Shown piece after piece: positions 12,726 through 23,048 of a stretch of 64,000 nt of DNA; position 1 is the first letter of the stretch; each line of letters opens with the position of its first letter. Source of the stretch: an uncultured delta proteobacterium (GTDB lineage: Bacteria; Desulfobacterota; Syntrophorhabdia; Syntrophorhabdales; Syntrophorhabdaceae); NCBI GenBank assembly GCA_963823725.1, contig CAWGMJ010000003.1:45649-109648 (forward strand). Direction: 5' to 3'. The notes under the pieces are model-generated. The model did not search any database and was not told the origin of the DNA. It worked only from the letters and a program-made list of their open reading frames with translations. The position numbers were made by a program, and so were the translations under genes.

Positions 12726-15096
12726 ATGGCTGAAATTTGCACGCCGAGAGAAATTCTCCGTGATCTTTCCCTGAAGCGGAAACTTATCATCATATTTATT
12801 GTATCAATGGTGGCTATCCTCGGAATGATGGGGACTATCATTACGATAAACGAGATATACTCCGCACGGAGGATGTTTATTTCGGATTCAGAAGGGATCA
12901 TGCGGACAGTGGGCAAGAATAGCGCCGCGGCCCTGCTCTTTCACGACAGGGCAAACGCCGAAGATACCATCAGGATATTACACGTTTTCCCCGATGTAAA
13001 ACATGCGTCGATCATAAGCGCCGACAGGGCCGTTTACGCCGAGTATAACCGTGACAGTTCGTATAGAGCGCCGGCTGAAACACTCAGGCCGAAAGAGGGC
13101 CATATTTTTTCTGCCTCAGGTGCCCAATTCACCCAGGATATTGTCCTCGATAACGAAACTGTCGGTAAAGTTTACCTGGTCCGTGACCTGACGAGGCTCT
13201 ATTCAGAGCCTTTATAAGAATGTCAGCACCATAATACTTGCAATTGTTGCATCACTTGTCATCGGGTATTTCCTTTCGGTATATTTTCAGAAGATCATCA
13301 GGGACCCGATAACGGAACTGCTTGTTATGATGAAAACGGTCACCGACAAGAACAGATACGGCCTCAGGGCAGATGTATCAAGAAAAGACGAGATCGGGGA
13401 AATAGCGCATGGTTTCAACGAGATGCTTGAAAAGATCGAAGAGCGTGATGCGGAGCTTAATGCCCATCGCCAGCATCTGGAAGAGCTGGTACGGAAGAGG
13501 ACCGAGGAGCTGATCAGGGTAAACGACGACCTTACTCATCAATTGGACGAGCGGAGAAAATTCGAAAAAGCGCTCCAGGAATCGGAGGAAAGATATCGCG
13601 CCATTTTTGAACATACCGGGAACGCCAGCATCATCGTCGAAGAGAACGGGACGATCTCTCTTGCCAACGAGGAATTTGCCAGGTTATCGGGTTATGACCT
13701 GAAAGAGGTCACAGGAAAATTGACATGGACAACTTTTATTCCTCCTGACTATATCGATCGGATGATGGAATACCATACCTTAAGAAGGATGGGGCACGAC
13801 GTGCCCTCGAAGTATGCATTCAAGATCCGGGACAAATCAGGCAAGATATTGGACGTTCACCTCACCGTCGGGCTTTTGCCGGGCTCGCGAAGAAGCATTG
13901 CGTCTATAGTGGACCTGACAGAATCCAAGGCCCTCGAGGAACAGCTTATGCAGTCTCAAAAAATGGAAGCAGTGGGGCAGCTCGCCGCCGGGGTGGCACA
14001 CGATTTCAATAACATACTCACGGCAATTATAGGTTACGGAAGCCTTCTGCAATTGCGGTTCAGCGGGGATACCCCGGAAAGGACGTATGCCGATTCAATC
14101 CTCAGTGCCGCCCAGCGGGCCGCGACGCTTACCCAGGGTCTTCTTGCATTTGGCAGAAAGCAGGTTATAGCACCGAAAAAGATCGATCTTAATGCGTCAA
14201 TACAAAATATGGAAGGCCTTCTGCGCAGAATAATCGGCGAAGACATAGAACTCAAGTGCATTTATTCCCCTTACGACATACCCGTGCTTGCGGATGCAGG
14301 CCAGATAGGCCAGGTGATCATGAATCTCGGGACGAACTCCCGGGATGCCATGCCTCTCGGCGGTGTGTTCACGATAACGACCTCTACTGTTACGGTCGGG
14401 AAAGAGTATAGCCCGGAACCCGGGATGCAGCCCGGTCAGTATGCCCTTGTCGAAGTCGGTGATGTAGGGCAGGGGATGTCAAAAGAGATCGCCGAACGAA
14501 TATTCGAGCCATTTTTCACGACGAAGGGCGTCGGTAAGGGGACCGGTCTTGGCCTTTCGATCGTATACGGAATAATAAGCCAGCATTCGGGGTATATAAA
14601 TGTTCGGAGCGAACCCGGAAAAGGAACAGTTTTTTCGATCTATTTCCCCATCGTCGGTTCGGGGGCCCTTGAATCTGTTGATAACAGGGCTATAAGCCCG
14701 GTTGAGATCGGCCGGGGAAACGAAACGATCCTGCTTGCCGAGGATGACGATACCGTAAGAAAATATATGCAGACGGTTTTGACCGAGTATGGTTACAGGA
14801 TCATAGAGGCATCTGACGGAGAGGACGCATTAAAGATATTTAAAACGCATCAGGAAATGATCGATCTCCTTCTCCTCGATGTCGTCATGCCAAAGATGAA
14901 CGGGAAGCGGGTATTTGACCACGTGCAAAAGTTAAAACCCGGCGTCAAGACTATCTTTATGAGCGGCTACACGGCGGACATAATCCATAAGAAGGGCTTA
15001 CGGGAAGAGGGCCTTCAGTTCATTGCCAAACCGATAATTCTCAAGGAGCTTATGACAAGGATCAGGTCCCTGCTTGATGACGCCCCGATCGCATAG
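12726..15096 (+). CDS. Hybrid sensor histidine kinase (periplasmic sensor, HAMP, PAS, HisKA, HATPase, REC), one frame break near 13200
   Basis: Two TM segments flank a sensor domain. HAMP (IRDPITELLVMMKTV). H-box AAGVAHDFNNILTAI. N/G boxes NLGTNSRDAM, DVGQGM, GTGLGLS. Receiver ILLAEDDD...LLLLDVVMPKMNG. ATG immediately follows the yfiR-like stop. Confidence 0.85.
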
Positions 15097-15175
15097 CATT
15101 GACGCACCTACCGGAAAATCCGGAAAGATGACCATCGGCCGGGCTTTGCCTGACCGTGCTTGTGACAAAATTATC

Positions 15176-15202
15176 TTGACAAACAAGGCGCATGATTATA
15201 AT
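15176..15202 (+). promoter_or_regulatory. Candidate sigma70-type promoter upstream of secD (TTGACA-15 nt-TATAAT)
   Basis: Perfect -35 and -10 hexamers are read directly, but by my count the spacer is only 15 nt. Confidence 0.3.
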
Positions 15203-15257
15203 TTGGTTGTACTTTTTGAGCAGTAGTTTATCGAATCCACCCGAATGAGGTTAATAC

Positions 15258-16853
15258 GTGATCAAATCACTAAAATTGAGATTTATTCTCATTCTTGTCT
15301 TCCTTGTCCTGTCGATAGTATTCTGCCTTCCCAATATCGTCGAATTGGAAGGTGTCTGGAAGAAGTATCTGCCGAGCGATAAGATCCATCTTGGGTTGGA
15401 CCTTAAAGGCGGCATGCACCTGCTTCTCGAATTGGATACGGCGAAACTTATGGACAACATCGTAGACAGGAAAATGACCAGCCTGAAAGATGCGATGATC
15501 ACGGAGGGTGTGAGGTTTCTCGGTATCGATAAAAAAGGGAGCAGCATCCTGGTTTCCATACGGCCCGATCAGAAAGAGAAATTATTTAATGTTGTGGGAA
15601 CAAAATTTCCCGATCTGAAGGCAGGCATCCCGAGGGCCGAGGGCGATCTCATGAACATTGATTTCCTTATTCCCGATAAAGATCTTGCCTCGATAAAAGA
15701 GAATGCCGTGAATCAGGCCCTCGAAACGATCCGGAACAGGATAGACCAGTTTGGCGTCTCCGAGCCCGTCATCATTAAGCAGGGTGAAAATCAGATACTG
15801 GTACAGCTTCCCGGCGTGAAAGACCCGCAAAGGGCGCTTGAGCTCATCGGCAAGACCGCTCAGCTCGAATTCAAGCTTGTTGATGAGGCGGCGACCGCCA
15901 GCGCCGGGTCCGGTGCGATTCCCGCTGATGCTGAGGTGCTTAAGATACGGTCGAAGAACAGGGAAACCGGGGTCGAGACCACGCTGCCGATTGTCCTTAA
16001 GAAACAGGCATTGCTTACCGGTGAACTTCTGACAGACGCCAAGATCAATATGGGCGGCAGAGATATAGGCAGTGAAATATCGGTCGGCCTTGAATTCAAT
16101 GCGGAAGGCGCCCGGATCTTTGACAAGGTGACCGCGGAAAATGTCGGAAAACGCCTTGCCATTGTCCTCGATAATACCGTTTATTCGGCGCCCCAGATAC
16201 GCGAAAGGATCTCGGGAGGAAGGGCTTCCATCACGGGAGGTTTTTCGGTCGATGAGGCGAAAGACCTTGCAATAGTGCTTCGCGCCGGCGCTCTCCCGGC
16301 CCCCGTTAAGGTTGTACAGAATATCATCATTGGCCCGACACTCGGACAGGATTCCATCAACGCAGGTGTTCTTGCAACGTTTCTCGCCAGTATTTTCGTA
16401 ATTATCTTTATGGTTGTCTACTACCGGGGTTCCGGTGTTATTGCAAACCTGGCCCTTGCGCTTAACCTGATCTATCTGCTCGGCGTCTTCAGTGCATTTA
16501 AAGCCACAATGACATTACCGGGTATCGCCGGCATCGCGCTGACGATAGGTATGGGCGTCGATTCGAATGTTCTCATCTTTGAGAGGATCCGCGATGAATT
16601 GCGTCTTGGAAAAACAGTGCGTGCCGCAGTGGATGGCGGTTATGCCAAGGCATGGGTGGCCATATTCGATTCGCATATCACCACTCTCATTACAGCTGCC
16701 GTCCTTTTTATTTTTGGAACGGGACCGATCAAAGGCTTTGCAATAACCTTGATCTTTGGAATGGTCATAAATCTTTTTACTGCAGTATTCGGATCGAAGA
16801 CGATCTTCGACTGGATACTCACGAAATACAAACCAAGAACTTTGAGTATATGA
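15258..16853 (+). CDS. secD: Protein translocase subunit SecD
   Basis: Intact 531-aa ORF (GTG start). Large periplasmic loop, then 5 C-terminal TM segments with SecD/SecF signature (GIAGIALTIGMGVDSNVLIFERIRDE). Confidence 0.95.
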   Translation: MIKSLKLRFILILVFLVLSIVFCLPNIVELEGVWKKYLPSDKIHLGLDLKGGMHLLLELDTAKLMDNIVDRKMTSLKDAMITEGVRFLGIDKKGSSILVSIRPDQKEKLFNVVGTKFPDLKAGIPRAEGDLMNIDFLIPDKDLASIKENAVNQALETIRNRIDQFGVSEPVIIKQGENQILVQLPGVKDPQRALELIGKTAQLEFKLVDEAATASAGSGAIPADAEVLKIRSKNRETGVETTLPIVLKKQALLTGELLTDAKINMGGRDIGSEISVGLEFNAEGARIFDKVTAENVGKRLAIVLDNTVYSAPQIRERISGGRASITGGFSVDEAKDLAIVLRAGALPAPVKVVQNIIIGPTLGQDSINAGVLATFLASIFVIIFMVVYYRGSGVIANLALALNLIYLLGVFSAFKATMTLPGIAGIALTIGMGVDSNVLIFERIRDELRLGKTVRAAVDGGYAKAWVAIFDSHITTLITAAVLFIFGTGPIKGFAITLIFGMVINLFTAVFGSKTIFDWILTKYKPRTLSI

Positions 16854-16863
16854 GGCGGCGCCC

Positions 16864-17763
16864 ATGATGGAGCTCATTAAAAATACGAAAATAGATTTTG
16901 TCGGCCTGCGAAAAACAGCGTTTATTATTTCCGCGGTCCTGGTAGCAATAGGGGTCTTCTCCTTCATAATGATATCCCTGGGAAAGGCAAACCTCAGCAT
17001 AGATTTTACCGGCGGCACAAATGTTCAGGTCAGGTTTGCCGAGAAGGTCAACATAGGGGATTTAAGGCACGCCCTTGAGTCAGGCGGGATAAGTGATGTG
17101 CAGATACAGGAAGTAAGCGGAACCCGCGACTTTTTTATCAAGACAAAGCTGTCAGATACGGAGAAGGAATCCGTTGGGTCGAAGATAACAAACATTCTTT
17201 CCACGCAATTGAAAGGCGCGAAGTTTGAAGTGCTGGGAAGCAACATGGTCGGGCCGGGCGTTGGCCAGTCGCTTAAGAAATATGCGATCATCGCAGTGAT
17301 CCTGGCACTGCTCGGAATTATCGTTTATATTGCATGGAGGTTCACGTTCGTATCAGGCATAGCCGCAACGATAGCGACCTTCCATGACGTTCTGGTTATC
17401 TGCGGCGTCTTCTATTTCCTTGGCAAGGAATTCAATCTTCTTATCATTACAGCCTTGTTGACGATAGCCGGATACTCACTCCAGGATACGGTCGTCGTCT
17501 TTGACCGCATACGTGAAAATTCAGCGAAAATGAAATCGCGTGATGATTTCGGGAATATCATCAACGTCAGTATTAACGAGGTCTTGAGCCGGACGATAGT
17601 CACCGGTATCACGACCCTCATAAGCCTTGCGGCCATAATGATATTCGGCGGTGAAGTGCTCTTCGATTTTGCCTTTGCCCTGTTTCTCGGTCTGATCGTC
17701 GGAACCTATTCTTCAATTTTCGTTGCAAGCCCGATCGTATACGCGTGGCGGAAAAAGATTTGA
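16864..17763 (+). CDS. secF: Protein translocase subunit SecF
   Basis: Intact 299 aa. IDFTGGT motif; TIAGYSLQDTVVVFDRIREN. Confidence 0.95.
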   Translation: MMELIKNTKIDFVGLRKTAFIISAVLVAIGVFSFIMISLGKANLSIDFTGGTNVQVRFAEKVNIGDLRHALESGGISDVQIQEVSGTRDFFIKTKLSDTEKESVGSKITNILSTQLKGAKFEVLGSNMVGPGVGQSLKKYAIIAVILALLGIIVYIAWRFTFVSGIAATIATFHDVLVICGVFYFLGKEFNLLIITALLTIAGYSLQDTVVVFDRIRENSAKMKSRDDFGNIINVSINEVLSRTIVTGITTLISLAAIMIFGGEVLFDFAFALFLGLIVGTYSSIFVASPIVYAWRKKI

Positions 17764-17767
17764 GAAG

Positions 17768-19204
17768 ACAGTGAGGAGTGAGGAGTAAATAGTAAGGAGT
17801 TAATTCTTGGTAATTTATTCGGGAAAATAGCTAACAATTTCTACCGGTACATCGGTTACACTTTTCGATTTCATGCTGCCCGGCCTGTTATAGATCTGCC
17901 TCAAGGGCAGTCTTTCGAGAAAATCCTGAATCCTTAGTTTGTTTTCCATGAACCGCCCTATCAGCAGGTCGCAGAAGTATAAATCATACACGCCATCACC
18001 TTTTTGCTCAAGGCCGATATATTACCCGCCAAGGGAACGATTTACAAAAGCAAACTCATTCTTCCACCGGATGCAGGAGTTATTGTGGCTCAAACGCCGT
18101 ACCTGTAAGTGCAGGGGATAATCGAATTGACAGAGCTTCCGGGGCATCGTTCTCGGGGATGATATATAGAGAGATCCGGGTGTTTTCTGGCCCAGGGACT
18201 AATGAGGCCTTATCTAGTTATATTCCCTGCGAGAGTTAACGACTCGTGTGGGCTGTGTACCTTATGTCTTTTTGGGGAGGTATAGTTGCCTCTTCCTTCA
18301 ATGTCTTGTGAATCCTTTCATGATGTGAATATTGCTCTGGGTTTCTGTGTTCTGACTGCTAGGGGTATATGCTGAGACTGACCTACTAGAAGGACAGGGA
18401 AGACAGGCGTGATATCGCATTCGATGCGAAGAGAACCCTGTTACCGCTGCGTATCTTCCGGGGCAGCCCGTATTACTCGAAGAGCCGGGTAAAGCAAAGC
18501 TTCGTCTTCGCAAAGGAGAAAGTATCATGGGCGTCAATCCCGAAGAGGAACCTGGTCTTTATGTTGCACACGGTAAGCGGGTAACAGTAGATGCCGTTTC
18601 TCATCCGGAACTGGCCCTTGTAATAGGAGATTCATATATCGATGGGTTACACTGCAATGGCCCGCGTGCACCCGGGGAGTCTGCGCCTTATTTTCTTCAC
18701 AGGCTTTACGAGGCCATGGCGCTTGAGGATGTCCGATGCGGTGGAGGCGGCGGGAAGGGAGGGATACCGGGAGGACAGACGGGCGAGCATATTCTTGGGC
18801 CCCCACGTGAGGTGTTTCCTTTTCTCCTTCACGATGGCCTCTATGATCTCTTCACCGGTCCTGTGCGGGCAGGAAAGGGGACTTCTCGGCCTGTCCATGA
18901 GGCCTTTGGGACCTTCTGAAAGATATCTCTCAACCCACTTGTACCCGGTCTTTCTGCTGATGTTGAATTCCTGGCATAGTTCTCTAAAGAAGAGATCATC
19001 CTCGAGGTATTCTCTGATAAACCTTTAATTTCTGATCCATATTTGGTAACTCCATTTCATGCCATAGACACCTCCTGAAAGGCAACTATGCATGATACAA
19101 AAAGTGTTACCCATGTACCCGGATTATTTTGTTACCCGGATCGTCTCATCAATCAGCGTTCGTTTGTAATGTAAAATTGTTTTAAACTCCTCACTCCTCA
19201 CTGT
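17768..19204. repeat. Heptamer-array inverted repeat, GTGAGGA type, split by an IS element (arms 17768-17800 and 19186-19204)
   Basis: Left arm ACAGTGAGGAGTGAGGAGTAAATAGTAAGGAGT. Right arm ACTCCTCACTCCTCACTGT is its reverse complement. Lies between the convergent 3' ends of secF and the Smr gene. Confidence 0.85.
17822..19143 (-). mobile_element. Decayed IS481-family insertion sequence (~1.3 kb) with a multiply disrupted transposase
   Basis: Terminal inverted repeats, each a doubled GTGTAACC-N-ATGT-N-CCGG motif (17841-17861; 19104-19143). N-terminal HTH recoverable (MDQKLK..ELCQEFNISRKTGYKWVERYLSEGPKGLMDRPRSPLSCPHRT..KHLTWGPKNMLARL..ASTASDILKRHGL). DDE core and C-terminus (...ERLPLRQIYNRPGSM) survive only as fragments with stops. 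Confidence 0.7.
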
Positions 19205-19879
19205 TCACCCAATTATCGTTATTTTCTTTTTTTGGGGTTTATTTCTCAGAAGGATGTAGGTTGCTCCGGGGCCGCCTTCGGGCATTACGGCATTGGAGAA
19301 TGCGGTCACCCATTTTCGGTGCATGGCCCGTACTATCCATGTTTTCAAGTAGTCTTTGATTATCGGTGCCCTTTTTGATTTCAGTCCTCGCCCGTGGATG
19401 ATCTTGATGCATCTGAGGTTCTTTTTTATAGCTTCGCTCAAAAAATATTCAAAATGTTCGCGGGCGCTTTCGATCGATAGCCCGTGAAGGTCGACAACCT
19501 GTTGTACTGAAAACTCGCCATCACGGAGCTTTTCCATGACAAGGGGGCTCACGCCCTCTGCATAGCCTTCCATGTATTCGGGAAGGTTCGTCACATTGAT
19601 CGTATTGCCGTCTGCCAGAATGCTCTTGAGAAGCCGTTCTTCGTCGCTTTCTTTGCCGGCATCCGACACAATGGGCGTTTCTCTCTTATTGCGGACACGG
19701 TTATCGCGTTTACGGATGGTACGGACATCCTTCATTGCCTGGCTGAACAAAACTTCGTCATCCTCCGGCCGAGGTTCACTTTCGGGAAGCGGCGGTTCCT
19801 TTTGGAGCCGTATATGACGTTCTCTGAGGAATTGAGACAGGTCGGCAAATGGCTTGTTTATCGAATCTTTTCCGTCCAT
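19205..19879 (-). CDS. Smr (MutS2-related small endonuclease) domain protein
   Basis: C-terminal Smr domain: VVDLHGLSIESAREHFEYFLSEAIKKNLRCIKIIHGRGL... Confidence 0.8.
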   Translation of the reverse strand: MDGKDSINKPFADLSQFLRERHIRLQKEPPLPESEPRPEDDEVLFSQAMKDVRTIRKRDNRVRNKRETPIVSDAGKESDEERLLKSILADGNTINVTNLPEYMEGYAEGVSPLVMEKLRDGEFSVQQVVDLHGLSIESAREHFEYFLSEAIKKNLRCIKIIHGRGLKSKRAPIIKDYLKTWIVRAMHRKWVTAFSNAVMPEGGPGATYILLRNKPQKKKITIIG

Positions 19880-19893
19880 GAAAACACTGCTCG

Positions 19894-20304
19894 TCAGGAA
19901 ATTTCCATATCGCTTACAGCGATCGAATACGTTTCGGCGGTCTCCTGAAAATCAAGAAGTTTGACGTCGAATGAGCCCTTCTGGCCGGATTCGACTGCGA
20001 TAACATCAGAATAAAGGCCCAGGAGGTCATTCTTTTCATCAAAAAGCGTGACTGTGACCGTAATAAGAGCTTCGTCCTGCCGCTCATTGATCAGCCAGCC
20101 GGAGATCTTTGCCCAGAATGGAAGGGAAAGCAGGCCGCAGCAGGGCATCAGCGAGGGAAGGAAGACATGGCCTTCAATGGATATGCCGTCTATTGAACAA
20201 ACACTAGTGCAACGAGGTTCTTTCTGGTCTTGCGGGGTGATGCACCCGATAAGATTTTTTATCACTGTCATAACTGCAGATCCACCGTTATCTTTATTTA
20301 CCAC
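19894..20304 (-). CDS. Hypothetical protein
   Basis: 136-aa ORF co-oriented with and 14 nt upstream of the Smr gene. No motif recognised. Confidence 0.45.
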   Translation of the reverse strand: MVNKDNGGSAVMTVIKNLIGCITPQDQKEPRCTSVCSIDGISIEGHVFLPSLMPCCGLLSLPFWAKISGWLINERQDEALITVTVTLFDEKNDLLGLYSDVIAVESGQKGSFDVKLLDFQETAETYSIAVSDMEIS

Positions 20305-20352
20305 AGGTGAAGAACTTTTGACAACAACCAGTATTTATAATAAATTACAAAG

Positions 20353-20817
20353 ATGCAATGGCTTGTTTATGTGATTGATTACGGTATTATAGGGCTTCTC
20401 GCATTAATGTCTTTCTTTTCTGTCGCTTTTTTCATCGAGCGGTATCTGTTTTTCAGGCGGCTCGACATTGCCCATTATGACCTGAACAGAAAATTGCTCG
20501 AAATTGAAATTACAAAACGGATGTCTGTTATCGCGACAATAGGCAGCAATGCGCCCTACGTCGGGCTCCTCGGAACGGTGCTTGGCATCATGCTCACATT
20601 TTCAACCATAGGTTCGCATGGGTATGTCGACGCAACAGGCGTTATGCTGGGCCTTGCCCTTGCATTGAAGGCGACTGCGATCGGGCTTGTTGTCGCTATC
20701 CCATCCATAGTGTTTCATAATTACCTTGTGAGAAAGGTTAAGATTGCCCTGCTGCGATGGGATGCCGCATATACGGCAGATGGGTCCACACCTGCCGGAG
20801 AAAAGGGCAAAGTATAG
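20353..20817 (+). CDS. exbB: ExbB/TolQ/MotA-family proton channel (short ExbB type)
   Basis: Three TM segments. IATIGSNAPYVGLLGTVLGIM and LALKATAIGLVVAIPS motifs. Followed by exbD and tonB. Confidence 0.85.
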   Translation: MQWLVYVIDYGIIGLLALMSFFSVAFFIERYLFFRRLDIAHYDLNRKLLEIEITKRMSVIATIGSNAPYVGLLGTVLGIMLTFSTIGSHGYVDATGVMLGLALALKATAIGLVVAIPSIVFHNYLVRKVKIALLRWDAAYTADGSTPAGEKGKV

Positions 20818-20872
20818 GTCTTCGTAAAGCGTCACGTATCTTTGGACGGAAAAGGTCAATCAAACCCGGCAA

Positions 20873-21253
20873 ATGGAAGAAAAAGAGATCAGTTATATAA
20901 ATATGGTCCCGTTCATAGACGTGATGCTCGTCCTTCTTGTCATCGTCCTCATGACAGGGACTTTCGTCGTTACGGGCGTGATCCCGGTCGAATTGCCGAA
21001 GGTTGCGGCCACCCAGGATAAGGCAATGAAGACAGGGATAATCGAGATCGACCGTACCGGCGCGATATATTACAAGTCGAAACGCATCGGAGTTGAAGGT
21101 CTCAAGGATACTTTAGCGGGTGTTTCGCGAGATACTCCTTTCCTTATCCGGTCCGACCGGAATATTCGCCTTCAGGAATTTGTGGATGTCCTGGCGGTCG
21201 TAAAATCTATGGGATTTAAAAAAGTGAGCCTCCAGACAGAGGACAGGAAATGA
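20873..21253 (+). CDS. exbD: Biopolymer transport protein ExbD/TolR
   Basis: INMVPFIDVMLVLLVIVLM N-terminal TM, then the periplasmic domain. Confidence 0.85.
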   Translation: MEEKEISYINMVPFIDVMLVLLVIVLMTGTFVVTGVIPVELPKVAATQDKAMKTGIIEIDRTGAIYYKSKRIGVEGLKDTLAGVSRDTPFLIRSDRNIRLQEFVDVLAVVKSMGFKKVSLQTEDRK

Positions 21254-21960
21254 CCGGGGAGCGCTATTCCGGTTATATATTTTCTTTTCTGCTGCATGGT
21301 GTGTTAGCGGCAGTTGTATTAATGAACCCTTTTTCCGATATCAGGCGGTCCGGCCCGGTAGCCATAGATTTCACCATTATCACATCGAACGATACATACC
21401 CGGCGGGCGGCAGTGAGTTCCGGCCGAATAATCCCGGCAAGACCAGGAAAAATGAAAACACGTCACTTTCCGCGACTTTAAAAAGGGTAACGGATAATGA
21501 GCGGAATATCAGCCGGGAACGCGAGGCGGATAAAGACGGGAGTCAGCTCGACAGCGAACCACAAGGGCCCGTACAACGTGCAGGAGATACAGGCGCGCAC
21601 CAAAATGTATCTTCGGCACCGTCAGGCGGCGGCCCGGGAGATTTTAGAACCCTGAATTATGCCCGTCCCGGCGGGGCTGATGAGAGGCATTTTTCCTTCG
21701 TGCGTGAAACCATAATGCAGGGAATAGTCTATCCGGAGCGTGCACGGAGAATGGGTTGGGAAGGGAAGGTCGTACTATCTTTCGTTGTACGTGAGAATGG
21801 ATTTATCGATGACGTGAAAGTTATCTCCAGTTCGGGTTTCTCAGTGCTCGATGAAAATGCCCGGGACACCATAGCAAAAACACATCTCAAGAATAAAGTG
21901 CCAGTCCGGCTTTATGTCCTGCTTCCCGTAGAGTACAGGCTTACCGAGAAGAAGCAGTGA
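21250..21960 (+). CDS. tonB: Energy transducer TonB
   Basis: N-terminal TM, low-complexity linker, C-terminal TonB domain (IVYPERARRMGWEGKVVLSFVVRENGFIDDVKVISSSGFSVLDENA). 4-nt overlap with exbD. Confidence 0.85.
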   Translation: MTGERYSGYIFSFLLHGVLAAVVLMNPFSDIRRSGPVAIDFTIITSNDTYPAGGSEFRPNNPGKTRKNENTSLSATLKRVTDNERNISREREADKDGSQLDSEPQGPVQRAGDTGAHQNVSSAPSGGGPGDFRTLNYARPGGADERHFSFVRETIMQGIVYPERARRMGWEGKVVLSFVVRENGFIDDVKVISSSGFSVLDENARDTIAKTHLKNKVPVRLYVLLPVEYRLTEKKQ

Positions 21961-21969
21961 TATTGCCGG

Positions 21970-22755
21970 ATGGTAAAAGGAAATTACATGAGGAAAATTG
22001 AAGACAACCAGTTGATATTATTAATCTGGCGCGGCAGAAAATATCTCAAGCGCGTTTCGCTCGACCAATCATTTCACGGCAAGGGCGGTATGCTCCGCTA
22101 TAGCGATCTTATTGGAAAACCATACGGGATCAGGATCGGTGACTATGACATCTTCGAACCTACCATCGAAGACATAGTCATGTATGGTCTTAAAAGAGAA
22201 ACGCAGATCGTCTTTCCGAAGGAAAGTTTCTTCGTTGCCTTCCGGCTGGGCCTGAAAAATGGCTCGCATGTCCTCGAGGTTGGCACCGGGAGCGGTGCTA
22301 ATACGTACATTCTTTCCCATGCGGTTGGGCCTCAAGGCAGGGTTGTTTCGTTTGAACAGGAAGAGAGGCATTTCAGGAACGCCAAGCGGAATATGGAACG
22401 TTATTGCGAATGGGGCAACGTCGAACTCCATAATGAAGAATTTACCGGATGCGATGGCGAGGAATTTGACGCTGCATTCATTGACGTACGGGAACCATCG
22501 ATGGTACTCGGCAAGGTTAGGGAATGCCTGAAAGGCAGTGCCCCGATAGGGATGATAGTCCCTACCGCCAATCAAATATCGGATGTCCTGAAAACTCTCG
22601 AAGAAGGGTATGGCGATACAGAGGTCCTTGAGATCCTTATAAGAAAATACAAGACAGTAGCCGAACGTGTCCGTCCCACCGACCGTATGATAGCCCATAC
22701 CGGGTATCTTGTTTTCACGAGAAAACTGGACATACTGGAATTGGAAACTGCTTAG
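21970..22755 (+). CDS. trmI: tRNA (adenine-N1)-methyltransferase TrmI/GCD14 family
   Basis: SAM-binding motif VLEVGTGSGANTYILSHAVGPQGRVVSFE and the GCD14 N-terminal beta domain. Confidence 0.8.
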   Translation: MVKGNYMRKIEDNQLILLIWRGRKYLKRVSLDQSFHGKGGMLRYSDLIGKPYGIRIGDYDIFEPTIEDIVMYGLKRETQIVFPKESFFVAFRLGLKNGSHVLEVGTGSGANTYILSHAVGPQGRVVSFEQEERHFRNAKRNMERYCEWGNVELHNEEFTGCDGEEFDAAFIDVREPSMVLGKVRECLKGSAPIGMIVPTANQISDVLKTLEEGYGDTEVLEILIRKYKTVAERVRPTDRMIAHTGYLVFTRKLDILELETA

Positions 22756-22779
22756 TCCGGGGAATTGGAAAGATCTTGG

Positions 22780-23043
22780 GTTCAACGTTCAATGTTCAAC
22801 GATCAACGATCTGGGGAGTGAACGGAATGACTCGAACAGATAAGTTACACAATTAGTCCGAGCATTGCAGGTGCAGGCACCCGGCTTGGTAGGTTCTGAG
22901 GCCGAAGATACCCAATAGCTGGAAAATCGCTCAGTTCACGATGTCGTGACACATTTTTTAGTCTACGATGTCGTGACACTTACCACATAGAAAGTAGAAC
23001 AAGAACGTAACGTTTGCACCTTGAACGTTTGAACCCTTGAACT
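22780..23043. repeat. Heptamer-array inverted repeat, GTTCAAC type, with IS-derived core
   Basis: Left arm GTTCAACGTTCAATGTTCAACGATCAACGATC. Right arm ...CCTTGAACGTTTGAACCCTTGAAC. Between the convergent 3' ends of trmI and the LOG gene. Confidence 0.85.
22812..23004 (-). mobile_element. MITE-like remnant related to the end of the IS481-like element
   Basis: GTTACAC-aattagtccgag...cacccggcttggtaggt aligns with the C-terminal/IRR region of the IS at 17841-17900. Also 2 x CACGATGTCGTGACAC direct repeats (22936-22951, 22964-22979). Confidence 0.55.
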
Positions 23044-23048
23044 ATCCC

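Noticed and set aside
20318-20346. TTGACA...TATAAT promoter upstream of exbB
   Set aside because: The spacer to the perfect TATAAT is only 12 nt. The alternative -10 (TAAATT) would place the transcription start almost on the ATG.
22069-22785. 238-aa minus-strand ORF
   Set aside because: It is antisense to trmI (clear SAM-binding motif) and has no motif of its own.
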